In this document: positions 1-8,197 of the stretch, piece by piece | Numbering within the stretch: position 1 is the first letter of the stretch | Layout of the letters: each line of letters starts with the position of its first letter | NCBI GenBank assembly: GCA_031420175.1 | Contig: JANOMG010000177.1 | Span: forward strand, 1-43,528 | Direction of reading: 5' to 3' | Length of the DNA: 43,528 nt | DNA from: Nitrospira sp. | GTDB lineage: Bacteria > Nitrospirota > Nitrospiria > Nitrospirales > Nitrospiraceae | Notes under the pieces: model-generated | Databases searched by the model: none | Seen by the model: only the letters and a program-made list of their open reading frames with translations | What the model was told of the DNA's origin: nothing | Position numbers and translations under genes: made by a program

Positions 1-503
1 GTGACCTCAACCGTGCTCAGCAAGCCTGGCTGCAGAGGACCATACACTTTCAGCTTAAGAATCCGGCCAAGTCCTCCCAGAGCACGGGAGAAGCCGCTGG
101 GGGAATCGTTGAGCGTCTGATTGTCCGCCTGGTTCGCCGCATCAAGGAGGATATCGGGGCGGTCAGCAGTCCCGACAAACTGCGAACGCCCGGCTGCGTC
201 GAAAAACGACGGCCCGCTCGTGAAATCTCCCTGACGCTTCATGAGCAATCCAGTAATGGATGCCGGGGTGACAGTCGGATCGTGAAACCAACTCATCACG
301 ACATCCGCCGCACCGTCGGCCAACTGTTGCGCAGCATTGTCCTCTTTCATGGCGCTGATGCCCGGTCCATCCTGACCCGCCAGATACAGAGATGTCATGC
401 CAGCGACCCCCAGCAGAACGATCAGCATGAGCGACGTGAGAAGCACGTGACCCTTGTCGCACAGATTCATGAATTCTGCTGTGCGCCGTTCTTCCATCTT
501 CAT
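1..503 (-). CDS. PilX-like type IV pilus minor pilin/assembly protein; 3' end runs off the left window edge (absent from supplied ORF track)
   Basis: Own translation of the minus strand from ATG at 503 (second ATG at 497, GAGGA just upstream) gives MKMEERRTAEFMNLCDKGHVLLTSLMLIVLLGVAGMTSLYLAG... I checked every codon down to position 3 and found no stop. A short basic leader followed by a hydrophobic helix resembles the PilX N-terminal domain. The gene starts 36 nt after the PilW-like gene. Confidence 0.5.
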   Translation of the reverse strand, partial: MKMEERRTAEFMNLCDKGHVLLTSLMLIVLLGVAGMTSLYLAGQDGPGISAMKEDNAAQQLADGAADVVMSWFHDPTVTPASITGLLMKRQGDFTSGPSFFDAAGRSQFVGTADRPDILLDAANQADNQTLNDSPSGFSRALGGLGRILKLKVYGPLQPGLLSTVEV

Positions 504-538
504 ATCCTCACTTCCATGCTTGATTGGTGGCGCCGCCG

Positions 539-1279
539 TTATGTCCGGAGGCTAATTTCTCGAACCGCACGAATCCCTTGGCCGAGTATCATCACTTCAA
601 CGACGACCCGTTTGACAAGCGCGGGCTGGGTCACGGCCTGCCCCATTTCATCCCAGTAGGAGAACCGAACCCCCTGTATATCTCTGACCAGGACACTTGC
701 GCCGCCATCGACCTGTCGCAGCAACCTCAGAACACCCTGGTCATCGCGACGGCTATAGTAACGGACATGATTCAGGAGGGAGACAGAGGCTCCGGATGGG
801 ATCGTCCCCGCCAGCGGCTGCGTTACCGTAAGCAGACGCCGTTGTCCATCACGAGCCAGGGCCAGCGTCTCACAGCGCTCGACCCAACAGGCCACAATGG
901 TCTTCCGATCCTCCCACCCTCGCCCATCTTCGACCAACAGAGCCGTTTGGCCAATCGCCGCCGCTGCCGTGACCGTCGTCGAGAGGCCTTGCAGATTCGC
1001 CGCAAACCCCACTGAGTCCGAAGCCGCCGTAGTGAGAGAGCCGGACCCCGCAAGCCGCAATTCCTGCTCAAGAACTTCTAATCCAATGCGAAGATCTTGC
1101 TGTTGGGCAACCTCACGTTGTTGCCTCATAAACTGTTGTTGGAAATAGGACAGGGCCTGAAGCGTGGCACCCAAGACGACTAACCCTGCCGCCATCGCAA
1201 ACATCAGCTCGGTCAAGCTGGTCCCTGCCTCAGTCCTCGCTCTCTGGAAGATATCTCCTGTTAGTTTTTCTAGGCGCAT
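539..1279 (-). CDS. PilW-like type IV pilus minor pilin (prepilin-type N-terminal cleavage/methylation domain)
   Basis: ORF track gives 539..1321. I prefer the ATG at 1279, which is preceded by GGGGAGACAGG. The N-terminus MRLEKLTGDIFQRARTEAG/TSLTELMFAMAAGLVVLG has the G-x4-E prepilin motif followed by a hydrophobic helix. Confidence 0.6.
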   Translation of the reverse strand: MRLEKLTGDIFQRARTEAGTSLTELMFAMAAGLVVLGATLQALSYFQQQFMRQQREVAQQQDLRIGLEVLEQELRLAGSGSLTTAASDSVGFAANLQGLSTTVTAAAAIGQTALLVEDGRGWEDRKTIVACWVERCETLALARDGQRRLLTVTQPLAGTIPSGASVSLLNHVRYYSRRDDQGVLRLLRQVDGGASVLVRDIQGVRFSYWDEMGQAVTQPALVKRVVVEVMILGQGIRAVREISLRT

Positions 1280-1304
1280 CCTGTCTCCCCTGAGTGGCGG
1301 CATA

Positions 1305-1796
1305 TTATTGGCTCCCAACAAACACGGAATTAGCTAGCAACGTTCCTACTCGTACTTCGCGCGAGCCAGACCCGGTAGCATAGGCTGCGCGAGCCTCGAT
1401 CACGACATGCCCTGAAGCCGATAGTGAACCGGAACGGCTCGGCGTCACCGTCCAGATCAGATGGACGCCATCCTGGTCCCAACTCCCGGAGTACGTTCCA
1501 TCACCGGCCACTACATCGCCGCCTACTCCGTCGTCATGCATGACAAGGTCCGGGACACCATCGTGGTTCAGATCGTCCAGCAAGAGACGATCCCATCGCG
1601 CAGATCGCTTAGCCTCAATCCGTGATTCCGCCATCGCCAAGGCACGTGTCGCCAACATGTTATTTCGAAGACTCCGTTCTGCTGCCTCAAACGCTCCCAT
1701 CGCCCCAGCTAGCCCGATTAACGTCAACGCCATAGAAACGAACACTTCGGCAAAACTGGCTCCGCCCTCTGCATGAAATAATCGGTCTCGCGTCAT
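1305..1796 (-). CDS. PilV/GspI-like minor pilin
   Basis: Leader MTRDRLFHAEGG followed by ASFAEVFVSMALTLIGLAG (prepilin cleavage/methylation-type motif). ATGA start/stop overlap with the upstream gene. Confidence 0.6.
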   Translation of the reverse strand: MTRDRLFHAEGGASFAEVFVSMALTLIGLAGAMGAFEAAERSLRNNMLATRALAMAESRIEAKRSARWDRLLLDDLNHDGVPDLVMHDDGVGGDVVAGDGTYSGSWDQDGVHLIWTVTPSRSGSLSASGHVVIEARAAYATGSGSREVRVGTLLANSVFVGSQ

Positions 1797-2242
1797 GAGG
1801 CGGACACTCTTCCTGTGATGCTCACCGTGAATGTGGTTTCCCGGCCCTGGCTGTCTCGCACGCGAATGGTGGTAGGGGTCGCAGACCGACCACTGGGATG
1901 AAACAGCAGTTCAGGGCCGGCGGTTGGCTCCTCCACGACCACCCCCTTGTCCGCATATTGATAGACATGCAGGATGCCCTCGGCATCCGCACGCCGGAGC
2001 GTGATCGTGCGGCCCTCTCGATCGAATATGACCCGAAGGCGCTCTCGCCTGGCCATCGCCAGTTGTCTAGCGAGCCGGAGTTCCGACGCAATCTCTGCGG
2101 TGGCGCTACGCGCCTGAACCCTTGCGGTTAACGTCTGATAACTCGGCACGGCCAACATGCTCATGATGCCCATGATCGCCAGTACGATGAGGAGCTCCGG
2201 CAGACTCCAGCCCTGTTCCTGCATCCGTGATACTTTCGGCAT
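1793..2242 (-). CDS. FimT/GspH-like minor pilin
   Basis: MPKVSRMQEQG/WSLPELLIVLAIMGIMSMLAV, then ARSATAEIASELRLARQLA (GspH/FimT-like). The ATG at 2242 is preceded by GAGAGGAGGGGGC. The 72 extra N-terminal codons of the track ORF (to 2458) look non-coding. Confidence 0.65.
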   Translation of the reverse strand: MPKVSRMQEQGWSLPELLIVLAIMGIMSMLAVPSYQTLTARVQARSATAEIASELRLARQLAMARRERLRVIFDREGRTITLRRADAEGILHVYQYADKGVVVEEPTAGPELLFHPSGRSATPTTIRVRDSQGRETTFTVSITGRVSAS

Positions 2243-2290
2243 GCCCCCTCCTCTCGCAGACAATTTCCACCTACGATAAAGAACGTGGCT

Positions 2291-2306
2291 TCCAAGACCC
2301 GTGCCC
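2291..2306 (-). promoter_or_regulatory. Candidate sigma-54 (-24/-12) promoter for the minor-pilin operon
   Basis: Minus strand reads GGGCACGGGTCTTGGA, compared with the consensus TGGCACG-N4-TTGCW. The GG of the -24 element and the spacing are correct, and the -12 element reads TTGG instead of TTGC. It lies about 50 nt upstream of the ATG at 2242. Confidence 0.3.
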
Positions 2307-2450
2307 ACGTTGGTCCACATCCACATCACGGAATACTTTGTGAGGAGCAGGATCGAAATACTTCGCAAGTTCGCGCGGTTTTGCGTTGTCATGATGCAAC
2401 ATGGAAACGGAGGGGAGGCGTGTACCGGCCAAGAAAGAGGAGGGAAACTG

Positions 2451-2478
2451 AAAAACACCTGTCTATTCAGATACAGGG
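2451..2478 (-). terminator. Rho-independent terminator after pilD
   Basis: Minus strand CCTGTATCTGAATAGACAGG forms an imperfect hairpin followed by TGTTTTT. It starts about 29 nt after the pilD stop. Confidence 0.45.
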
Positions 2479-2506
2479 ATTCGCCCGAAGAGATACAGGG
2501 AGAGCG

Positions 2507-3292
2507 TTAGTAGCCAGGGCCGAGGAGACCTTGATACCAATCGAGGAGCGGTTGGGCGAAAAACATGGAGAGGAGGGCTCCCAACACAAGAAAGGGGCCA
2601 AAAGGGATATAGTCATCGCGCTTGATGATGCGTAGGGCGATCAAACTGATGCCGATGATAGACCCAGTGAGCGAACCGATCATGATCGTCAGGAGCGCTG
2701 GCTTCCAGCCAAGAAACGCACCGACCATCGCCAGCAGCTTGATATCACCGCCTCCCATTCCCTCCTTGCCGAAGAGATAAGGGCTCAACCAGGCTAGGAG
2801 CCAGAGGATGCCGCCTCCAATGGTGAGGCCAAGCACCGAATTAATCACACCCACCGGGAGGACGGTCGCTGCGCCCAGAAGTCCGACCACCATGCCCGGT
2901 ATGGTAATGACATTGGGGATTATCTTATGGGTGAGATCCGTTCCCGTCACCACGACCAACGCCGAAAACAACAGGGCATAGAAGGCGGCGGTACCACTGG
3001 GACCGAAGAACCATAAAATTGCGAGATACCCAAGCGCATTACTGGCTTCAACGAGAGGATATCGCACCGAAATTGGCGCGCGACAGAACCGACAACGTCC
3101 AGCAAGCCACAGGTAACTGATTAGAGGGATATTGTCGTAGGCCTTGATGGGATGCGCGCACGAGGGGCAATGGGATCCGGGCCAGACGATCGATTCGCCT
3201 CGTGGCAGTCTGAAGATGCAGACGTTGAGAAAACTGCCAATCAGCGCGCCGAGGGTCCCGACCACAAGATAGAGCAACCATTCTTGCATCAT
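2507..3292 (-). CDS. pilD: Prepilin peptidase / N-methyltransferase (peptidase A24)
   Basis: N-terminal Cys box CPSCAHPI...CRFCRAPI, a polytopic membrane body and a GMGGGDIKLLAMVGAFLG motif. The track start at 3307 is TTG. I prefer the ATG-ATG at 3292/3289. Confidence 0.85.
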   Translation of the reverse strand: MMQEWLLYLVVGTLGALIGSFLNVCIFRLPRGESIVWPGSHCPSCAHPIKAYDNIPLISYLWLAGRCRFCRAPISVRYPLVEASNALGYLAILWFFGPSGTAAFYALLFSALVVVTGTDLTHKIIPNVITIPGMVVGLLGAATVLPVGVINSVLGLTIGGGILWLLAWLSPYLFGKEGMGGGDIKLLAMVGAFLGWKPALLTIMIGSLTGSIIGISLIALRIIKRDDYIPFGPFLVLGALLSMFFAQPLLDWYQGLLGPGY

Positions 3293-3388
3293 CAACTCAG
3301 GAGCCAACGTCGGCTCGGAACACCCGAGTCGCTTCGCATGCCAAATAAACGTAACTAGGTAGCGTCACTAGGGCCAATCTCCCGCGAT

Positions 3389-3417
3389 TTACTTATGACG
3401 AGCGAATCCTCTATAAT
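3389..3417 (+). promoter_or_regulatory. Sigma-70-like promoter for the LuxR-type gene
   Basis: TTACTT-17 nt-TATAAT, immediately followed by a 6-bp-stem hairpin CCTCGC-N7-GCGAGG (3418..3436). It lies about 90 nt upstream of the ATG at 3510. Confidence 0.4.
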
Positions 3418-3509
3418 CCTCGCGTACTTGGCGAGGGTTTACTCCTGCACGTTTCTCCGCCAAGTTGAATTATAGCGTCAAATCATATTCGTCAAAGGAG
3501 AACAGTACA

Positions 3510-3824
3510 ATGGCACGGATAGTACGAACCACAAAAACGAATCCCACTCTCAAGCCCAAGCCAAAGCCCAAGCCAAAACCTTCCCTGGCCAATCTGGCCC
3601 CGCCCCCCCGTAAGAAGCGACCAGAATCGCTCACCAGTCGGGAGCAGGAGATCCTTGAACTGATTTGGGCCGGGTTCAAAAACAAGGAAATCGGAGAGCG
3701 ACTCAAGATCAGCGTCAAGACCGTCGAGGCGCATCGGGCTAATATGATGAAAAAGATGCGCGTCTCAAACACCGCGCAGCTACTAAAAATGGCGATCCAG
3801 GACGGGACCATCAAGATTCGGTAG
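3510..3824 (+). CDS. LuxR/GerE-family solo HTH regulator with a Lys/Pro-rich N-terminal tail
   Basis: SLTSREQEILELIWAGFKNKEIGERLKISVKTVEAHRANMMKKMRVSNTAQL is a canonical LuxR-type HTH, and there is no receiver or ligand domain. The ATG at 3510 has the SD AAAGGAG, whereas the track start at 3465 is TTG. Confidence 0.85.
   Translation: MARIVRTTKTNPTLKPKPKPKPKPSLANLAPPPRKKRPESLTSREQEILELIWAGFKNKEIGERLKISVKTVEAHRANMMKKMRVSNTAQLLKMAIQDGTIKIR
3552..3581 (+). repeat. In-frame (AAG CCN)5 microsatellite encoding KPKPKPKPKP
   Basis: aagcccaagcca aagcccaagcca aaacct is a 12-nt unit repeated twice plus a partial copy. A C7 homopolymer follows at 3603..3609 (APPPR). Confidence 0.9.
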
Positions 3825-4602
3825 GCTTCGCCACTGGCGCCGCGACACGGCGGCGCTGGCGGACCGCTTCGAACAGCGTCACGGCTGCTGCAGCTGAAAC
3901 ATTGAGCGATTGCACCTTGCCCAACATCGGAATTCTGATCCGGTCGTCACACGCCCCTAGCACACCAGGACGAATGCCCTCCCCTTCTCCTCCCAGCACC
4001 AGCGCGATCGGCCCGGTCATGTCGATATCGGTGTGGAGCTTCTCCGCCTGCGGATCGACGCCGTAGACCCATATGCCCGCCTCTTTAAGGTCCTGAATCA
4101 GGCGAATCAGATTGACCACGCACCCGACGAAGATGTGATCGAGCGCCCCCGCGGAGACCTTCGCCACCACCGGCGTCAAGCCGACGGCGCGACGTTCCGG
4201 GATAAAGACCCCATGGACCCCAGCCGCTTCGGCCGTGCGCAAGACCGCTCCCAAATTGTGGGGATCTTCGACCCCGTCAAGGAGCACAAGGAAGGGCTTC
4301 TCACCTCGCGTCTTTGCCCGGTCGAGAATCTGCTCTGTCGTGCTGAAGGATTTGGCCGCGATGAACGCAATCACACCTTGATGATTCCCGGTCGGCACCA
4401 ATCGCGCAAAGGCAGGAGGCGGTTCGATATGAACGGGGACTCGCTTGACCTTCGCCAGCTGCACGAGATCGGCAAATTGCCGATCGGTTCGCAGCAGGAC
4501 CAGCCGCTGCAGCGGACGCGACCCAGCGCGCAAGGCTTCGCGCACGGCATGCAACCCGTAAATCAGTTCCGGCGGACTATCGCTTCCACCGGCAGGTGCC
4601 AT
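3811..4602 (-). CDS. rlmB: 23S rRNA (guanosine-2'-O)-methyltransferase, SpoU/TrmH family
   Basis: LIYGLHAVREAL..., GVEDPHNLGAVLRTAEAAGVHGV, LVLGGEGEGIRP and IPMLGKVQSLNVSAAAAV are SpoU motifs. I prefer the start at MAPAGG (4602), which overlaps the cysS 3' end by 26 nt. The track ORF extends to 4758. Confidence 0.8.
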   Translation of the reverse strand: MAPAGGSDSPPELIYGLHAVREALRAGSRPLQRLVLLRTDRQFADLVQLAKVKRVPVHIEPPPAFARLVPTGNHQGVIAFIAAKSFSTTEQILDRAKTRGEKPFLVLLDGVEDPHNLGAVLRTAEAAGVHGVFIPERRAVGLTPVVAKVSAGALDHIFVGCVVNLIRLIQDLKEAGIWVYGVDPQAEKLHTDIDMTGPIALVLGGEGEGIRPGVLGACDDRIRIPMLGKVQSLNVSAAAAVTLFEAVRQRRRVAAPVAKPTES

Positions 4603-6073
4603 CGGGCTTGTCCTCGATGACAATACCGCGGGAGGCGAGAGATTTTCTAATCTCATCGGCTTGTGCAAAGTTCTTCTTCTTTTTTGCATCGAGACGCTCC
4701 GCAATCTGTTGTTCGATCTGTTTTTCAGAAAGTTCAATCTTGGGTGATACCTGACCAACCATTATGCGAGCCTCAACACCCGTGAGACCCACAACTACAT
4801 CTCCAGACCGCGGCTTATCTACGAACTGCCATTTATCGAACTGAAACAATCCCAGGTTATTGCCGAGCGATCGAAATTCTTTTCTGGCAATTTCCCGCGC
4901 CTCCGTCGAGAGGCCCTGGCTCAGCAATTTATTGACATCGCTTTTCAATCGCTGTAATTCTGCAATGGCCACTGATGTATTAAAATCGTCGTCCATCGCC
5001 TCGCGAAATGCCACCCTGCATCGCTCGATCACTCCCATGAGCCCCTTGTCAGCCGTGGTTCTTTCTTCTGGCTCAGCCAGTCGTTTCACCAGGAGATCAT
5101 AGAACCCGTTCAATGCATTCTTTGCCTCTTCTATGCTCTTGTCTGAAAAATCCAATGGGCTGCGGTAATGAGTCCCGAGCAGAACATACCGCAGCATCTC
5201 TCCGGTTTCTTCCTCAGGCCATTTAGACTTCTCAAAAATCTCGCGAATCGTAAAGAAGTTCCCCAGGGACTTGGACATCTTCTCCTGATTGATTTGCACG
5301 AAACCGTTGTGGATCCAGTAACGCGCAAATTCCTTGCCGGTGGCGCCGCAGGATTGGGCGATTTCATTTTCATGATGAGGGAAAATGAGATCCATCCCCC
5401 CCCCATGAATATCGAAGGTCTCACCCAAGTGGCGCATCGACATGGCGGAGCATTCAATATGCCAGCCCGGTCGCCCCGGACCCCAAGGGCTCTCCCATGA
5501 CGGCTCACCCGGCTTACTGCTCTTCCAGAGAGCGAAATCCATCGGATGGCGCTTCCGTTCATCCACATCCACCCTGGCGCCGGCCTGCAAATCGTCGAGC
5601 TTTCGTTTCGAGAGGCGGCCATAGGCCTGGTACTTCTCGACCTGGAAATAGACATCGCCGGCCACTTGATAGGCGAGGCCTTTCTGAATCAGCGTACTGG
5701 CCAGCTCAATAATTTCAGCCATATGCTCAGTCGCTTTCGGCTCATTCGTCGCCCGTCTGATCCCGAGCTTCCCCATGTCCTGATAGTAGGCCTCGATGTA
5801 CTCGGCAGTGATCGCGTTGCACGATACGCCCCGTTCATTCGCCCGCTTGATGATCTTGTCATCCACATCGGTGAAGTTCTTGACGAATTCAACCTGGTAG
5901 CCGCTGAACTCGAGATAGCGCCGGATCACATCGAACACGAGGGCGCTACGCGCATGGCCGATATGGCAGTAGTCGTAAACGGTCACGCCGCAGACATACA
6001 TCCGAACGGTCTTCGGCTGGAGCGAGTGGAACGGCTCTTTTTTTCCCGTGAGTGTGTTGTAGATCGAGAGCAT
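4577..6073 (-). CDS. cysS: Cysteine--tRNA ligase
   Basis: MLSIYNTLTGKKEPF..., a HIGH motif (CHIGHARS) and KMSKSLGN. Full length. Confidence 0.95.
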   Translation of the reverse strand: MLSIYNTLTGKKEPFHSLQPKTVRMYVCGVTVYDYCHIGHARSALVFDVIRRYLEFSGYQVEFVKNFTDVDDKIIKRANERGVSCNAITAEYIEAYYQDMGKLGIRRATNEPKATEHMAEIIELASTLIQKGLAYQVAGDVYFQVEKYQAYGRLSKRKLDDLQAGARVDVDERKRHPMDFALWKSSKPGEPSWESPWGPGRPGWHIECSAMSMRHLGETFDIHGGGMDLIFPHHENEIAQSCGATGKEFARYWIHNGFVQINQEKMSKSLGNFFTIREIFEKSKWPEEETGEMLRYVLLGTHYRSPLDFSDKSIEEAKNALNGFYDLLVKRLAEPEERTTADKGLMGVIERCRVAFREAMDDDFNTSVAIAELQRLKSDVNKLLSQGLSTEAREIARKEFRSLGNNLGLFQFDKWQFVDKPRSGDVVVGLTGVEARIMVGQVSPKIELSEKQIEQQIAERLDAKKKKNFAQADEIRKSLASRGIVIEDKPDGTCRWKR

Positions 6074-6080
6074 GGACTGG

Positions 6081-6719
6081 TTACAACTCCGGAGTGATGC
6101 GACGCTTCGGCCAATGGGACCAGAGAAAATAGCCCACCATGAGCGCTAAGCTCAGGCCAATCACGGCGTCGAACTGATGGAAATAGTCTCTCAGATGCTC
6201 CCACTCTTCTCCCATTTTCACGCCAATATAGGCCAGAAGATAGCACCAGGGCAGTGCACCGAGAAAGGTGAAGAGGATGAATCGATGAATGTTCATGCCG
6301 GCGATGCCGGCGGGCAACGAGATGAAGGTTCGGACGACTGGGAGCATCCGACCCAAAAATACCGCTGCCTCGCCATACTTGGCGAACCATCGATCCGCCA
6401 TCTCGATGTCTTTTCGCGACACCAATATATAGGGCCCGTATCGCTCGACGAAAGGCCGACCACCCCACACGCCGGCGTAGTAGGCTACTACCGACCCTGC
6501 GACGTTTCCTATGGCGCCGGCCAAGGTCACGCCGAGCATCGTGAACTGTCCCGACGCCACGAGGTATCCGGCAAACGGCATGATGATCTCGCTGGGCAAG
6601 GGAATGCAGGCACTTTCAATGGCCATGGTCACAAAAATGCCGGTATAGCCAAACCTCGAGATCATCGACACGATAAACCGGCTGAGTTCCGTAATGATCG
6701 CTTCGATCAGATTCCCCAC
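6081..6719 (-). CDS. DedA-family inner membrane protein
   Basis: FGYTGIFVTMAIESACIPLPSEIIMPFAGYL...GRMLPVVRTFISLPAGIAGM is the DedA/SNARE-associated signature. I prefer the GTG at 6719 (GAGGAG 9 nt upstream), just after the surE stop. The track ORF extends to 6800 (GTG). Confidence 0.8.
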   Translation of the reverse strand: MGNLIEAIITELSRFIVSMISRFGYTGIFVTMAIESACIPLPSEIIMPFAGYLVASGQFTMLGVTLAGAIGNVAGSVVAYYAGVWGGRPFVERYGPYILVSRKDIEMADRWFAKYGEAAVFLGRMLPVVRTFISLPAGIAGMNIHRFILFTFLGALPWCYLLAYIGVKMGEEWEHLRDYFHQFDAVIGLSLALMVGYFLWSHWPKRRITPEL

Positions 6720-6724
6720 AGCAC

Positions 6725-7528
6725 CTAGCTCCTCTTCTTGCCCTTCACCTTCGACGCTGCACCCATCCGACGCACGTCCGATCGAGGTACCGTTTCCCAC
6801 TTCCGGAATCGATCCAACACCGCGTGATTGGTCGTATCCAGGTGAATGGGTGTGAGCGAAACCGCACCTTGCTCCAGCGCCTCATGATCAGCATCTTTGC
6901 TTCGGCTCCAGGACACACGAGTCCCGGCAATCCAATAGTACGTCCTACCACGAGGATCGACTTTCTCGATGATCGGATTGTGAAAGCGCCTGCGGCTGAG
7001 ACAGGTGACGCGGACTCCGGTGATGGACTTGAACGGCCGATCAGGAATATTCAGGTTCACCAGCGTTTCATCTGGCAAGCCTTCCTTCAAGATCAACCGT
7101 GCGATACGAACGGCATACCGAGCCCCGGCGTCGAAGTAAAAGTGATCCTGCCCCTCTTGCGACACCGCTATGGATGGAATACCGAGAATCGTTCCTTCCA
7201 TCGCTGCCGACACAGTTCCGGAGTACAAGACATCATCGCCGAGATTCACGCCTCTATTGATTCCTGACACGAGAAGATCGGGCGGTGCAGGCAGAAGCTT
7301 CAGCACGGCCAGATTCACACAATCGACTGGCGTGCCACTGACCGCATAGATCCGCGTCCCCAACTGCTGCACTCGTAGCGGTTTATGGAGCGTCACCGCA
7401 TGGGCTGCTGCGGTCCGCTCACGATCCGGCGCCACCACCCAGACCTCGCCCACCTTGGACAGGGCCTTGGCCAGCGCCGTCAACCCAGGCGAGAGAATCC
7501 CGTCATCGTTGGTGACTAAAATGCGCAT
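6725..7528 (-). CDS. surE: 5'/3'-nucleotidase SurE
   Basis: [16 protein letters not shown]...[25 protein letters not shown]. Confidence 0.9.
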   Translation of the reverse strand: MRILVTNDDGILSPGLTALAKALSKVGEVWVVAPDRERTAAAHAVTLHKPLRVQQLGTRIYAVSGTPVDCVNLAVLKLLPAPPDLLVSGINRGVNLGDDVLYSGTVSAAMEGTILGIPSIAVSQEGQDHFYFDAGARYAVRIARLILKEGLPDETLVNLNIPDRPFKSITGVRVTCLSRRRFHNPIIEKVDPRGRTYYWIAGTRVSWSRSKDADHEALEQGAVSLTPIHLDTTNHAVLDRFRKWETVPRSDVRRMGAASKVKGKKRS

Positions 7529-7540
7529 CGTTCCGCTAGA

Positions 7541-7565
7541 AATAAAAAAGCTGCCAACGGCAGCT
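7541..7565 (-). terminator. Rho-independent terminator downstream of tRNA-Pro
   Basis: Minus strand AGCTGCC-GTT-GGCAGCT followed by TTTTTTATTT. Confidence 0.6.
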
Positions 7566-7634
7566 CTCTGTTTCGGTGCTGAGAACCGAGTTTACAACTA
7601 TCCTATTCGTCTCAGTCCTCAGCACTCGATATTT

Positions 7635-7711
7635 TGGTCGGGGCGAGCCGATTTGAACGGCCGACCACTCGCACCCCAAGCGAGTACGCTACCGGGCTGC
7701 GCCACGCCCCG
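7635..7711 (-). tRNA. tRNA-Pro (anticodon GGG), CCA encoded
   Basis: The reverse complement CGGGGCGTGGCGCAGCCCGGTAGCGTACTCGCTTGGGGTGCGAGTGGTCGGCCGTTCAAATCGGCTCGCCCCGACCA folds by hand into a 77-nt cloverleaf. It has a 7-bp acceptor stem, the anticodon loop TTGGGGT, and the T-arm GGCCG/TTCAAAT/CGGCT with one G:U pair. Confidence 0.9.
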
Positions 7712-7809
7712 ACGGGCTCTATTCAATATCACCGACTCCCGCATTGTCTCCTTGGAAGCGCCCGGAATGCAACCGGCTTGAAAGAGACGAATCGGGACCG
7801 TCGTTACTC

Positions 7810-8154
7810 TTAATACGACTCCAAAATTTTGAGAATCGCCTGGAGATTCCCTCGCAGCTTCTGCGCGAGCTCTTTTGGGCGTAGCTGCTGGCTTGCGACC
7901 CGGCCTCGCCTGGCCCAATATCGTTTAACACCTGCGAGCGTGTGCCCTTCTTCGTAGAGCATCCGCTTGATCTCCAGCACCGTTTCGACTTCTCGCCTGA
8001 CATAGAGCCGCTGATTCCCACGACTTTTCTTGGGCTTAAGAAACGGGAATTCCGATTCCCAGAATCGAAGCACGTAAGCCGGCAGCTTGGCGATCTGGCT
8101 GACTTCGCCGATTTTATAGAAAATCTTGCTGCCCAGCCTGGGCTCGTTCCCCAT
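7810..8154 (-). CDS. MerR-family transcriptional regulator
   Basis: YKIGEVSQIAKLPAYVLRFWESEFPFLKPKKSRGNQRLYVRREVETVLEIKRMLYEEGHTLAGVK is a MerR-type HTH with a short coiled region and no obvious effector domain. It lies directly downstream of the IHF-like gene. Confidence 0.8.
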   Translation of the reverse strand: MGNEPRLGSKIFYKIGEVSQIAKLPAYVLRFWESEFPFLKPKKSRGNQRLYVRREVETVLEIKRMLYEEGHTLAGVKRYWARRGRVASQQLRPKELAQKLRGNLQAILKILESY

Positions 8155-8197
8155 GACCGGTCCTCGTGGTGGGATACGTTAAGATGAGTGAACGGCG

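Noticed and set aside
163-1015. Track ORFs 163..462(-), 282..659(+), 524..1015(+) and 823..1071(-)
   Set aside because: They overlap the PilX-like and PilW-like genes in other frames, and their translations have no motifs. The real gene at 1..503(-) is in a third minus frame and is open to the window edge.
1793-4758. Long N-terminal extensions given by the track for the FimT-like (to 2458), rlmB (to 4758), ferredoxin, rpsO, tsaE and spermidine-synthase-like ORFs
   Set aside because: The extensions start at TTG or GTG or lack an SD. They overlap neighbouring genes or read as non-protein-like sequence. Internal ATGs with good SD sites give canonical N-termini.
5396-5404. C9/G9 homopolymer inside cysS (also G8 in ugd at 42454..42461 and T8 at 38518..38525), considered as possible frameshift or phase-variation sites
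   Set aside because: In all three cases the reading frame is intact. The cysS run encodes the conserved HGGG motif (GGG GGG GGG). These are sequencing-error hotspots rather than biology.
7575-7625. Inverted repeat GGTGCTGAG ... CTCAGCAC flanking a 34-nt loop between surE and tRNA-Pro
   Set aside because: The stem is short and the loop large. The adjacent canonical terminator already explains the region, and there is no further support.
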